Source of the DNA: Methanobacteriota archaeon
GTDB taxonomy: Archaea; JAADCQ01; Methanopyri; Methanopyrales; Methanopyraceae
Length of the DNA stretch: 64,000 bases
NCBI GenBank assembly: GCA_027064425.1
Contig: JAMOPO010000057.1
Coordinates: 96,001-160,000, forward strand
Direction: 5' to 3'
Positions 18,594-27,776 of the stretch are shown piece after piece. Every line of letters begins with the position of its first letter. The first letter of the stretch is position 1. The notes beneath the pieces are model-generated. The model was not told the DNA's origin and searched no databases. It was given only the letters and a program-made list of their open reading frames with translations. The position numbers and the translations under genes were made by a program.

Positions 18594-19634
18594 GTGAGCA
18601 AGGTGATCATGAAGCCTAAGGTCACCGTGGAGGACGACTGGATCGTGTTCGAGGGCGAGGAGGACCACGTCAAGCTTCCCAAGGACCCGTACCGCGTCAT
18701 CAAGGACTTCGAGGAGCGCGGGTACTTCTTCGACGACGAGCACAAGCGCGACTTCGCGGCCATGTACGTGACGCTGATAATCGAGCAGACCCCCGTCCTC
18801 CTCGTCGGGCCGCCCGGCACGGGCAAGACCAAGCTCGTCCGGATGATGGGCGAGCTGTACGACGTGCCCGTCGTGGTCATGCGAGGCCACCAGGAGGCCC
18901 GGGAGCAGGAGTTCATCGGCGGCGTGGACGTGGCCGCGCTCCCCGTCGCGGACAAAATCGCGGAGGAGTACGCGGAGGAGGACGTGGAGTACGAGGAGGC
19001 GATCGAGGCCCTGAAGGAGTTCATATACGTGGGTGGCTACCTCAAGGACGTGGTGAACGACGCTCGACGCTACGGAGCGTGCCTCTTCTTCATCGACGAG
19101 GTGAACCGGTTCCCGGGCTACATGATCCCCACGCTCATTCACATCTTCGAGAAGGACACCGAGGTGATCTACATCCCGCACTCCCCGATCGACTTCGGTG
19201 AGACGGGCGCGATCATGAGGATCGGCGCGCTGAACCCGGAGGGTAAGGGCACCACGAACTTCGACGAGGCCCTGCTGCGGCGCGTCGAGCTCGTCCCGTG
19301 GGGCGAGTACGACGTCGAGATCTACAAGAAGGTGGCCAAGGAGGCCGCGCGGCAGGTGATCGAGACGACGAAGGTCGTGGAGGAGGTGCTCGAGGACCTC
19401 GCCTCGATGATCAAGGACATGGGCAAGGGAGTGGACGTCGCGAAGGACGTGGCCCAGGCCGTGGCCATCGGCGTGAAGATGGGGTACGATCTGGAGACCG
19501 TCGCGCGCAACGTGGTTAATAAGATCCTAGGCGATATGCTATTAGACCCGGAAAAATCCGAGGAGTTCGAGGCCCGACGGAAGGCGCTCGAGCGGAAGGT
19601 CCGGGAGAAGCTCAAGCCCATCTTCGAGACCTAG
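18594..19634 (+). CDS. MoxR-like AAA+ ATPase
   Basis: Walker A GPPGTGKT, Walker B FFIDEVNR, sensor-1 ALNP, Arg finger EALLRR; followed by a vWA gene. Confidence 0.85.
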   Translation: MSKVIMKPKVTVEDDWIVFEGEEDHVKLPKDPYRVIKDFEERGYFFDDEHKRDFAAMYVTLIIEQTPVLLVGPPGTGKTKLVRMMGELYDVPVVVMRGHQEAREQEFIGGVDVAALPVADKIAEEYAEEDVEYEEAIEALKEFIYVGGYLKDVVNDARRYGACLFFIDEVNRFPGYMIPTLIHIFEKDTEVIYIPHSPIDFGETGAIMRIGALNPEGKGTTNFDEALLRRVELVPWGEYDVEIYKKVAKEAARQVIETTKVVEEVLEDLASMIKDMGKGVDVAKDVAQAVAIGVKMGYDLETVARNVVNKILGDMLLDPEKSEEFEARRKALERKVREKLKPIFET

Positions 19635-19660
19635 TGACCGTGGCTGGGTGATCGCTCGCC

Positions 19661-22006
19661 TTGACCGGCCCCGAGATTCGGCTTGAGGAGGCTACCGAGA
19701 TCGTTAGCGAGCTGATGGCCCGACTGCGGGAGCGCGGTGACATCCACGCTCCGCCCGACCTCCCTGAGGGCTTCTTCCGGAAGCTGACCGTACTGGCGGA
19801 CGGCGACAAGATCGACCTGCAGACCTTCGTGGACCTGGCCATCCGCCACTTCGCCCGGCACGGGTACAAGAAGCCCCTCGACCTGTACGAGAAGGTGATG
19901 GTCGCCCGGGCGATCGTCGCCGAGGAGCTCGCGAAGATCCTGTCCAAGGAGACCGTGGACGAGGAGGCGGTCGAGTCCCTCAAGAAGTTCGCCGCGCACG
20001 CTAACGAGGACGTGAAGGAGGAGCTCGAGTCCCTGCTGGAGGACGAGGAGCTGGAGGACGCGGAGCCGACCGAGCCGCCGGACCGCGAGGACGTGGAGAA
20101 GGTCCTCGAGGCGTTCGGCTCCCAGCTCTCCGACGACGCCATCATGGACATGCTCAAGACGGCCATCTTCGGGCCCGAGAAGAAGCGGATGCTCGAGAAC
20201 ATCACGGACGAGCAGATGATCGGCAGCCTCCTGCAGCAGCATGTGCCTCGCAGCATCATGGACAAGCTCTCCGAGCAGGGTCGGCTGGACGTGCTCAACA
20301 AGCTGAACTCGCCGCTCAAGAACAAGATCGAGGCGATGACGTCGCCCCACGCCTCGCACTCGCACTCCGTCGACCAGGAGGAGCTGGAGAAGGTCTTCTC
20401 CGACGACTCGTTCAACAAGCAGGCCCGGAGGATGCTCTCCGAGCTCGCGCACCGGCTCAACCAGCTGGCGGAGCAGGTCGGCGTTGAGGAGGCGCTGGAG
20501 CGCGCCCGCAAGATCGCGAAGGCGATCGCCTCGGCCAACGACCGGTGGGAGCGCGCCGCTAAGACGTTCGAGCGCGCTCTCGAGCGCCAGCTGCGGGAGC
20601 GCGGCCCGAGCTCGAACCCGTTCGAGGCCTACCGGCGCGGTGCCCCGATGGATCCGAACCACGTGGAGGAGAAGGCGGGGGAGGACCCGTCCGACTACAC
20701 CTGCACGCTCGAGCAGGCCCAGTTCGTCATCGAGGGCGTGGAGCGCCGGAGCAAGTTCCGGAACCCGCTGCTGGGCGTGATCCAGGCCAACGAGATGGTG
20801 AAGAACCTGCCCCAGGCCGACGAGGACCGGCTGAAGCGGCAGATCGAGAACCTGCTCAGGCCCACGATGGAGGAGCTGGAGGACTGGGCTGAGAAGGTGG
20901 GGCGAGAGGTCGTCAAGCGGAACCTGGAGGAGCTGGAGCGGGCCAAGGAGCAGGGTTACTACGTCCCGAAGGAGCTGGAGGAGAGGCTCCGAGAGCTCGC
21001 CGAGAAGGCCCCGGAGCGCGAGGAGGGAGAGGAAAGCGAGAGCGAGGCCGGTGAGGGCGTCGAGAGTCCGGCCGGGCTGACCTCCGAGGCGCCCGCCGCG
21101 GCGAGCGAGTCAGAGGAGGGGGAGGAGGCCGGCGGGGAGGGTGAGGCCGCGCCCGCCCCGGCTGGAGGCGTCTCGGGCGTGGGCAAGGGAGCGGACCCGG
21201 CGTTCACCGTGGACAAGTCGTTCCCGGAGCGCAAGAAGTTCCTCAAGATCCTGCAGAGCGACTCGCTGAAGATCCTGGACGAGGGGCACGAGATCTCGCG
21301 GGAGTTCGAGGAGCTGGAGGACGGTGAGGCTAAGGCTCACTTCGGCTGGCTGCACGGCTTCGACAAGGCGGACTTCCTGTCGGACATCGACTGGGAGCGC
21401 AGCCTCGAGGAGGGTTACTTCAAGAACGTCCCGCTGGTCCTTTACAAGCGCAAGTTCCGGAACAAGGACGAGCCGAAGGTGGCGATCCTGCTGGACTCGA
21501 GCGGCTCGATGAGCGGTGACAAGATGGAGGTTGCGGCCACCCTCGCCGCCGCCCTGTTCGAGACCGTCGGCATGGAGAACATCGGACTCTGGGCCTTCCG
21601 GTCGGAGGTTCACCAGCTCAAGGACTTCGAGGAGGTCGTCAACCGGCGGGAGCTGGTCGAGAAGATCCTGGGCATCCCGGCCGGCGGCGGTACGGACCCG
21701 GTCAAGCCGCTGGCGAAGGTGCTGGACTCGCTTGAGAACATTGAGTACGACAAGTGCAAGATCATCTACATCACGGACGCGATCTTCATGCACGAGGACT
21801 TCATCAAGATCCGCAGCATGCTGAGCGACCGGGACGACATCGAGCTGTACGCGCTGCTGATCAAGGACGAGTTCGAGCACACGGGCCCGACGATCTTCAA
21901 GAAGATCACCGAGGAGTTCGGCGGTGGAATGGTGCAGGTGAACCCGCGGGACAAGGAGAAGGTGCGCGAGAAGCTGAAGGAGTTCGTGGAAATCATCTCG
22001 GACTGA
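19661..22006 (+). CDS. Large acidic protein with C-terminal vWA domain (CoxE/ViaA-like)
   Basis: MIDAS LLDSSGSM, GGGTD, ITD; long helical N-terminus and E/G/A-rich linker. Confidence 0.85.
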   Translation: MTGPEIRLEEATEIVSELMARLRERGDIHAPPDLPEGFFRKLTVLADGDKIDLQTFVDLAIRHFARHGYKKPLDLYEKVMVARAIVAEELAKILSKETVDEEAVESLKKFAAHANEDVKEELESLLEDEELEDAEPTEPPDREDVEKVLEAFGSQLSDDAIMDMLKTAIFGPEKKRMLENITDEQMIGSLLQQHVPRSIMDKLSEQGRLDVLNKLNSPLKNKIEAMTSPHASHSHSVDQEELEKVFSDDSFNKQARRMLSELAHRLNQLAEQVGVEEALERARKIAKAIASANDRWERAAKTFERALERQLRERGPSSNPFEAYRRGAPMDPNHVEEKAGEDPSDYTCTLEQAQFVIEGVERRSKFRNPLLGVIQANEMVKNLPQADEDRLKRQIENLLRPTMEELEDWAEKVGREVVKRNLEELERAKEQGYYVPKELEERLRELAEKAPEREEGEESESEAGEGVESPAGLTSEAPAAASESEEGEEAGGEGEAAPAPAGGVSGVGKGADPAFTVDKSFPERKKFLKILQSDSLKILDEGHEISREFEELEDGEAKAHFGWLHGFDKADFLSDIDWERSLEEGYFKNVPLVLYKRKFRNKDEPKVAILLDSSGSMSGDKMEVAATLAAALFETVGMENIGLWAFRSEVHQLKDFEEVVNRRELVEKILGIPAGGGTDPVKPLAKVLDSLENIEYDKCKIIYITDAIFMHEDFIKIRSMLSDRDDIELYALLIKDEFEHTGPTIFKKITEEFGGGMVQVNPRDKEKVREKLKEFVEIISD

Positions 22007-22074
22007 ACGCGCGGGGCCAACCGACGCCCGGGCCCACGCTTTTCCGCGCGCCCCACCGCGTTTCGGGCTCTCGC

Positions 22075-22138
22075 TCCCTCGTTCACCTTTTACACTTCTT
22101 ACTTACGCTCCCTGCTTCGCCTCTTACCCCGCCGTCTT
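22075..22138 (+). terminator. Pyrimidine/T-rich tract between convergent genes; probable terminator
   Basis: CACCTTTTACACTTCTTACTTAC...CTCTT downstream of the vWA stop. Confidence 0.45.
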
Positions 22139-23077
22139 TCACTCCGTCAGCGCCCGGCCCATGGCGTCCATCGCCTCCATCGCGTTCTCACGGATGTCCT
22201 CGTACCAGACCGAGCACTCGCGCCGGCTCGTCTTCACGACCATCCGGTCTCGGTGCAGCGTCACGTTGATTGTGCCGCGCACGTCCATGCTCAGGCCCTT
22301 GAGGAAGTTGTGCGCGAGGATGATCTCGTCCACGTACTCCGTGGTCAGCTCGCCCAGGGGCGACCGGTACGAGATCCCCGCCCGCTCCCAGCTGCGACGG
22401 AACTTGTTGTGGAACTCGCGGAACAGGTACTTCGAGTAGCTGTGCTCGAGCAGCACGACCTCGGTCACGCCCGCGTGGATAAGCTGCGAGGCGGCCTCCA
22501 CGCTGTGCCAGTTCTCCAGGATCGACTCCACGCTCTTCGGGAAGAAGGCGTTGCAGCCCAGGCTGTTCACCCAGCCCACGGCGCAGTTGACGTCGAGCTC
22601 CTCCAGGCGCTCCATGTACTCCTTGTAAATGTCGCAGTGACGGTCGTCGACGAAGCTGATCACGGCCATGTTGTCGCTCATGCGCCGGGTCATGAACGTC
22701 TTGTGAGTGACGCGGAACTTCCGGATGCCCTGCCGGAGCAGGTGCCCGATGAACTTGGCCGGGACCGTGGTCTCGGCGATCATCTTGATCTCCACGACGC
22801 CCGAGGCACCCATGAAGGTGATATCGATGCTGTTGTCGTCCCGCTCCACGACCTCGAACTTCTCCAGCCCGGAGAGCTCCTCGTCCACGGCCCGGGCGAG
22901 GGTGGCCAGCGACTTCAGGAACGGGGACATGAACGGCCGCTTCATGCACACCTCGATCACTTCGTCCGGGAGCGAGACGCGGATCACGCTCTTATCCTCG
23001 GCGACGGGGATGACCTCGAACTCCGCGTCGAACTCACGCGACAGGGACGACAGGAGGGGTTCGATGCTCGCGTACAT
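22139..23077 (-). CDS. Hypothetical protein (about 312 aa)
   Basis: Open frame with typical codon bias; ATG at 23077 after GGGGAG SD; no recognised motif. Confidence 0.7.
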   Translation of the reverse strand: MYASIEPLLSSLSREFDAEFEVIPVAEDKSVIRVSLPDEVIEVCMKRPFMSPFLKSLATLARAVDEELSGLEKFEVVERDDNSIDITFMGASGVVEIKMIAETTVPAKFIGHLLRQGIRKFRVTHKTFMTRRMSDNMAVISFVDDRHCDIYKEYMERLEELDVNCAVGWVNSLGCNAFFPKSVESILENWHSVEAASQLIHAGVTEVVLLEHSYSKYLFREFHNKFRRSWERAGISYRSPLGELTTEYVDEIILAHNFLKGLSMDVRGTINVTLHRDRMVVKTSRRECSVWYEDIRENAMEAMDAMGRALTE

Positions 23078-23753
23078 GAAGGAACTCCCCGCCCTCTTGA
23101 ATGCCGTCGTGGAGGAGGTTAACTCCGATAAAGACCATTCGGAAACGTTCCGAGTTGAGGTATGGGAGGGGCCGCCCGAGCGCGTCGTCGAGACCGAGCA
23201 CATCCGGCGGGTTCGGGAGCTGGTAAGGAGGGGGCGCGACGTGCTCCTGGTCGGGGAACCGGGCTCCGGGAAGTCCACCACCGCGGTCGCCGCGTGCGAG
23301 CGACCCTACCCGATCGTGTTGACCTTCGGTGGAAACCTGCCGGCGTCGATACTTAAAACATTCGTCAACACCCTCCGCCGGGCGGGACCGCGCGAGCTCC
23401 TCCGGGCGGACGCCATCGTCGTCGGGGACGCGCGCATCGAGGGTCCGGTCACGCGGCTCCCGGTGATCGACGAGCTCTGCGTCCTCCTGGCGCTGGGATT
23501 GCTCCTAGCGGTCGCGCGCCTGCTCGGGAAGCCCATCGTGGCCATGCTGGCGTCGGACAAGTCGTACTACCGCCGGGCCCGGCGGCTCCTGGAGGAGTCG
23601 GGGTTCGAGGTCGTGGAGATCGAGCATACGCGGGAGTCCGTGAGAAAGATCCTGCGAGCCTACGGGGTCCGTGGGCGCCCCTCGAGCCGGAACCCGAGGC
23701 GAGAGCTCAGCCGCCACGCTCGTAGACCCACCGACCACCCCGCCGAGAGATGA
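23064..23753 (+). CDS. Small divergent P-loop NTPase
   Basis: VLLVGEPGSGKST Walker A; PVIDE possible Walker B; start uncertain (ATG 23064 or GTG 23109). Confidence 0.6.
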   Translation: MLAYMKELPALLNAVVEEVNSDKDHSETFRVEVWEGPPERVVETEHIRRVRELVRRGRDVLLVGEPGSGKSTTAVAACERPYPIVLTFGGNLPASILKTFVNTLRRAGPRELLRADAIVVGDARIEGPVTRLPVIDELCVLLALGLLLAVARLLGKPIVAMLASDKSYYRRARRLLEESGFEVVEIEHTRESVRKILRAYGVRGRPSSRNPRRELSRHARRPTDHPAER

Positions 23754-24960
23754 GCCCGCGCTCCTCCATGGACTTTAGCCGGCGGTGAAGCCGCTCCTCG
23801 GAGACCCGGAGCCGGTCGGCGAGCTCCCGGGTGTCCATGGGGCCCCGCTCGTAGAGCTCGTTCAGGATCCGTTGCTCGAGGATGCGACCGGTGAACGGGC
23901 ACCCGTCGTACTCCTCGCACTCGAGCCCGAGCATGCACACGACCTTGTCCAGGTGCTCCCGGACCTCGTACAGGGGTCGCCAGGAGGCGGGTGACACGCA
24001 GCAGCTCTTGATGATCACGTCGTCGGGCGCGCCGTCCCGCACCAGCTCGTAGATCCGGGGCAGCTTCTCTGGGCGCAGCGGGCCTCGGGCGGGATCCTGC
24101 ACCGGGTTGAACTGGAGGACGGTCTTGTTCGGGTTAAGCCGCAGGATGGAGAGCACCCGCTCCGCGTCGGCCTCCTCCGGGACGCCCGGGAGCCCAACCA
24201 CCCCGCCCACGAACGTGACCTCCAGCCCGTGCCGGTGGCACCAGGCCACGACCTCCCAGAACTCGTCGAACCCGCGGGAGCGGCCGGTGATGGCCCTCCA
24301 CTCCTCCCGGGTGCGGCCGGAGAAGCTGAGCTTGAGGTAGTCCAGGCCCGCCTCCCGCAGGTCCTCGAGCAGGTCCGTCGGGATGAGCGGGCCGGTGCCC
24401 ACGCCGACGGTGACGTTGAGCTCGGACTTGATCAGCTTGACCGCCTCGACCAGGTCCGAGCCCAGCGTGTGCGGGGACGCGCCCTGGATCACGACCTCCT
24501 TGTTGCCCGCCTCCACGCGCCGTCGGGCCTCCTCTAGGATCTCCTCCGGCGTGAGGTCGACGTGGTCTCGCACGAGGTTGTAGTAGCAGAACTTGCACCG
24601 CATGTCGCATCGCGTGGTGGCCACGATGCTGCCCGTCCGGGACTTTGACTCCCCGCGAATGACCCGGAGGAAGGCCTCGACCTCGGGCCCGCCGCGTGAG
24701 AGGCGGACGGGCTTGTTCTTGTAATCGTACTCCCGGGACGGTCGGACGAGCTCGCGCCACCCCTCTTCCGTCAGCGCGAAGCCTCGGTCGGTCGGCTCGA
24801 GGAGGCCCTCGTCCCGGAGCTCGTTGATCTCCCGGCTGATCAGCCCGCGGTTGCCCGGGATCTCGTCCATCAGCTCCCGCCGGGAGCAGGGTCCGCGCTC
24901 GGCCAGCGTTAGGAGGATCCGCTGGCGGAGCTCACTCCCAGAGGTTGCGGAAGGCGTCAT
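23707..24960 (-). CDS. Radical SAM protein flanked by N- and C-terminal winged-HTH domains
   Basis: CDMRCKFC; N-terminal ILLTLAERGPCSRRELM...ISREINELRDEGLL; C-terminal ILNELYERGPMDTRELADRL...LKSMEERGLI. Confidence 0.85.
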   Translation of the reverse strand: MTPSATSGSELRQRILLTLAERGPCSRRELMDEIPGNRGLISREINELRDEGLLEPTDRGFALTEEGWRELVRPSREYDYKNKPVRLSRGGPEVEAFLRVIRGESKSRTGSIVATTRCDMRCKFCYYNLVRDHVDLTPEEILEEARRRVEAGNKEVVIQGASPHTLGSDLVEAVKLIKSELNVTVGVGTGPLIPTDLLEDLREAGLDYLKLSFSGRTREEWRAITGRSRGFDEFWEVVAWCHRHGLEVTFVGGVVGLPGVPEEADAERVLSILRLNPNKTVLQFNPVQDPARGPLRPEKLPRIYELVRDGAPDDVIIKSCCVSPASWRPLYEVREHLDKVVCMLGLECEEYDGCPFTGRILEQRILNELYERGPMDTRELADRLRVSEERLHRRLKSMEERGLISRRGGRWVYERGG

Positions 24961-26194
24961 AGCTCTGCACCTCCCGGATGCCGGCCAGCTCCCCGTCTCG
25001 CACGACCACGGCGCCGGGGATGGGCTGGCAGTTGTAGCTGGAGGCCATGGACTCGCAGTAGGCGCCGGCCGTCAGGAACACGACCAGGTCGCCCTCGGAG
25101 ACGTTGACGGGCACCTCCCGATCCTCGGCCAGTACGTCCCCCATCTCGCACAGTGGCCCGGCGATGGAGGCCTTCTCGGTCTCGAGGTAGTCCCCGCCGT
25201 GGACCACGACCTCGTGGTACGCGTCGTACAGGGCGGGTCGGATGAGCGCGTTCATGCCGGCGTCGACGAAGATCCACTTCCGACCGCCCTCCTCCTTGAT
25301 CTGCCGGACTCGGGTGACCAGCACGCCGGCCTCCCCAACGATGCTCCGGCCGGGCTCCAGGTACAGGTCGAAGCCGGGCGACTCGGAGTGGAGGTCTCGG
25401 AGGTCGTCCCGGAGCGCTTCGGCCAGGTCCTTGGGCCTTGGAACCTCCTCATCCGGGCGGTAGGGGACGCCGAGTCCACCCCCGACGTTCAGGTACCGGA
25501 GTTCCTCTACGAGGCCGGTCTCCTCCAGGAAGCGGCGGACGGACCTGAGGGCCTCGATGAACGGCTCGAGCTCGGTGATCTGCGAGCCGATATGGTAGTG
25601 CACGCCCAGGAACTCGACGTGCTCGGACTCGATCATGGCCCGACAGACGCGCTCCGCGTCGCGCAGGTTGACGCCGAATTTAGACTCCTCAACGGCCGTC
25701 GCGATGTGCGGGTGAGTGTCCGGGTCGATCTCGGGGTTGACTCGGAGGGCGACCCGAGCCCGCTCGCCCTCGCGGCGGGCGATGCGCTCCACCCGGCGGA
25801 GCTCTTCCATGGAATCGACGTTGATGATCCAGGAGTTCAGGATGGCCGCCCGGAGCTCGTCATCGGACTTCGCGTTGCCGTTCACCACCAGCTCCTTCGC
25901 GCCGGCCTCCACCGCGATCTTCATCTCCCAGAGTGAGACGACGTCCGCCGCGCGGGTCTCGCTGAGGATGTGTTCGACGAGGTGCGGGTTGAAGTTGGCC
26001 TTCATCGCGTAGCAGACGTGCACGTCGCCCGGGAACCAGGAGAAGGCCTCGAGGTACTCCCGGGCCCGCTTGACGGCCAGGTCCGCGTCGTACACGTAAA
26101 CCGGGGTGCCGACGCCCGCCTCCTCCAGCACGTCGTCCAGCTCGCGCCCGGATACCTCAATCACCGCCCTCTGCCTCACCCTCAACCCGCTCAA
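24932..26194 (-). CDS. lysA: Diaminopimelate decarboxylase
   Basis: YAMKAN, LRVNP, SKFG, HYHIGSQ, GGGLG, EPGR, GPLCEMGD, GAY. Confidence 0.95.
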   Translation of the reverse strand: MSGLRVRQRAVIEVSGRELDDVLEEAGVGTPVYVYDADLAVKRAREYLEAFSWFPGDVHVCYAMKANFNPHLVEHILSETRAADVVSLWEMKIAVEAGAKELVVNGNAKSDDELRAAILNSWIINVDSMEELRRVERIARREGERARVALRVNPEIDPDTHPHIATAVEESKFGVNLRDAERVCRAMIESEHVEFLGVHYHIGSQITELEPFIEALRSVRRFLEETGLVEELRYLNVGGGLGVPYRPDEEVPRPKDLAEALRDDLRDLHSESPGFDLYLEPGRSIVGEAGVLVTRVRQIKEEGGRKWIFVDAGMNALIRPALYDAYHEVVVHGGDYLETEKASIAGPLCEMGDVLAEDREVPVNVSEGDLVVFLTAGAYCESMASSYNCQPIPGAVVVRDGELAGIREVQSYDAFRNLWE

Positions 26195-26729
26195 CCCCTT
26201 TCAGGTTCGCGACCACCAGCTCGACCGATTTGGGCCCGACCCCGCTCCGGTCCGCCCACGCCGCCAGGAACACGCCCAGGTCCTCGGGGGAGCGGCCGAA
26301 CACGTAGCCGACGGCGCACCCCATGGCCTCGAGGTCCCGCCGCACGCGCTCGAACCCGAGCGGGTCGATGATGATCTCGCCTCGGGCGGCGGCGTCCACC
26401 ATCTGTCCGGGCTCCTCGATGGGCCGGACGGGCACCGGCTCCTCCTCGGAGTACTGGGCCTGGATCCGCTCGGCCACAACCTGGCCCATGGTCTCGATGA
26501 ACCGTCGCCCCTCCTCGGACTCCGGATCCAGCACCTCCACCCCGCACTTCTCCAGGACCTGCTCGAGGTAGCCCGTCAGGTCCTCCAGGTCCCAGTCCTC
26601 GCTGCGGCTGACGCCCCGGACGATCAGCACGTCCACGTCGTCGAGCAGGGGCTTCGAGCCCTCGAACGCGTCCAGCTCCGTCATTATCTGCCTGGCCAGC
26701 CGGTGGATGTGGACGGGGGTGCCCGGCAC
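26157..26729 (-). CDS. DUF2120-like methanogen protein
   Basis: LARQIM..LDAFEGSKPLLD..DVLIVRGVSR...DPLGFERVRRDLEAMGC. Confidence 0.65.
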   Translation of the reverse strand: MPGTPVHIHRLARQIMTELDAFEGSKPLLDDVDVLIVRGVSRSEDWDLEDLTGYLEQVLEKCGVEVLDPESEEGRRFIETMGQVVAERIQAQYSEEEPVPVRPIEEPGQMVDAAARGEIIIDPLGFERVRRDLEAMGCAVGYVFGRSPEDLGVFLAAWADRSGVGPKSVELVVANLKGVERVEGEAEGGD

Positions 26730-26732
26730 GGT

Positions 26733-27710
26733 TCAGCTCCCCAGCTCCTTCCTGAGCTCGCCCATGGTGGTGATCCGCTCGGCGAACGCGTTGTGCTTGT
26801 GGATTGACTCGTAGTTCACCTGCCGGATGATCACGAGGGAGTCGTCCGGGAGGTTGTCGAACTCGTCCACGATCCGCCGGATCATCTCCCGGACGCAGTC
26901 CTCGACGAACTTCGGGTTGCGGCAGGCGTGCTTCGTGACCTCAAGCTCGTCCGGGCGCTTCAGCAGCTCGTAGGTGGGGGCGCTCATCGACTCCTCTATG
27001 ATGCGGATAATGTCCTTGATGTTGACGCTGTAAGCCTCTGGAACCTCGATCATGACCGTCCCCACGCCGCGCTGGTTGTGGGTCATTGGAAACACATCCT
27101 TTTTCATGATCTTCCGCGCGAGCTCCTCGGCCTCCTCCTCGTCCAGGTCCAGCTCCTTCATGAGTCGCCGCTTGACCCGGTCCTGGCTGTACTCGCGCAT
27201 CATCTCCAGCGCGCAGGGGCAGGCGGTGATGCCGACCACCTCCGCCCCGACCATCTTCCGGGTCTCGATGCCGTCGTCGGTCCGGCGGGAGACGGCCCGG
27301 CCGATGATCTTGTACGGCTCCTGGGTGGGCAGCTCCGTGACGGGGGTCTTCCTGGACAGGATCAACTCACCGGTCATGTGCACCTCGGATCGCGTCGCGT
27401 AGTCGTGCTTCTCGAGCAGCTTCCGCGAGATGCGGGAGCAGAGGTCCTCGATCATCGTGTCCGACTTCTCGACGGACTTCTCGAGCTCCTCGAGGACCTC
27501 CTGCAGCACCTCGTGGCTGCGCGACATGTGGATGCCCTTCTGATGGGCGGGAAGGTCGACGAAGAGGTTGAAGGTTGACACGAGAATTATCGGCCGACCG
27601 CTGCGCCGGGGGATCCTCACGAGCTTCTTAATCCCGCTGATGCCCACCCGGGTCAGGTGCGCGGGGATCTGAGGATCGGCGCTCTGGACGTCGGGGAAGC
27701 AGGTTTTCAA
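26733..27710 (-). CDS. mptA: GTP cyclohydrolase MptA (FolE2 family)
   Basis: [51 protein letters not shown]. Confidence 0.95.
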   Translation of the reverse strand: MKTCFPDVQSADPQIPAHLTRVGISGIKKLVRIPRRSGRPIILVSTFNLFVDLPAHQKGIHMSRSHEVLQEVLEELEKSVEKSDTMIEDLCSRISRKLLEKHDYATRSEVHMTGELILSRKTPVTELPTQEPYKIIGRAVSRRTDDGIETRKMVGAEVVGITACPCALEMMREYSQDRVKRRLMKELDLDEEEAEELARKIMKKDVFPMTHNQRGVGTVMIEVPEAYSVNIKDIIRIIEESMSAPTYELLKRPDELEVTKHACRNPKFVEDCVREMIRRIVDEFDNLPDDSLVIIRQVNYESIHKHNAFAERITTMGELRKELGS

Positions 27711-27776
27711 ACTCCACCTCCCCGTCCGCCGAGATAATCCATAAATTCAGGAAAGAGGGCCAACCGGGCCGGCGGG

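Noticed and set aside
22007-22138. Structured ncRNA or SECIS in the convergent gap
   Set aside because: No C/D boxes, no convincing long stem, and no selenoprotein upstream; best explained as terminators
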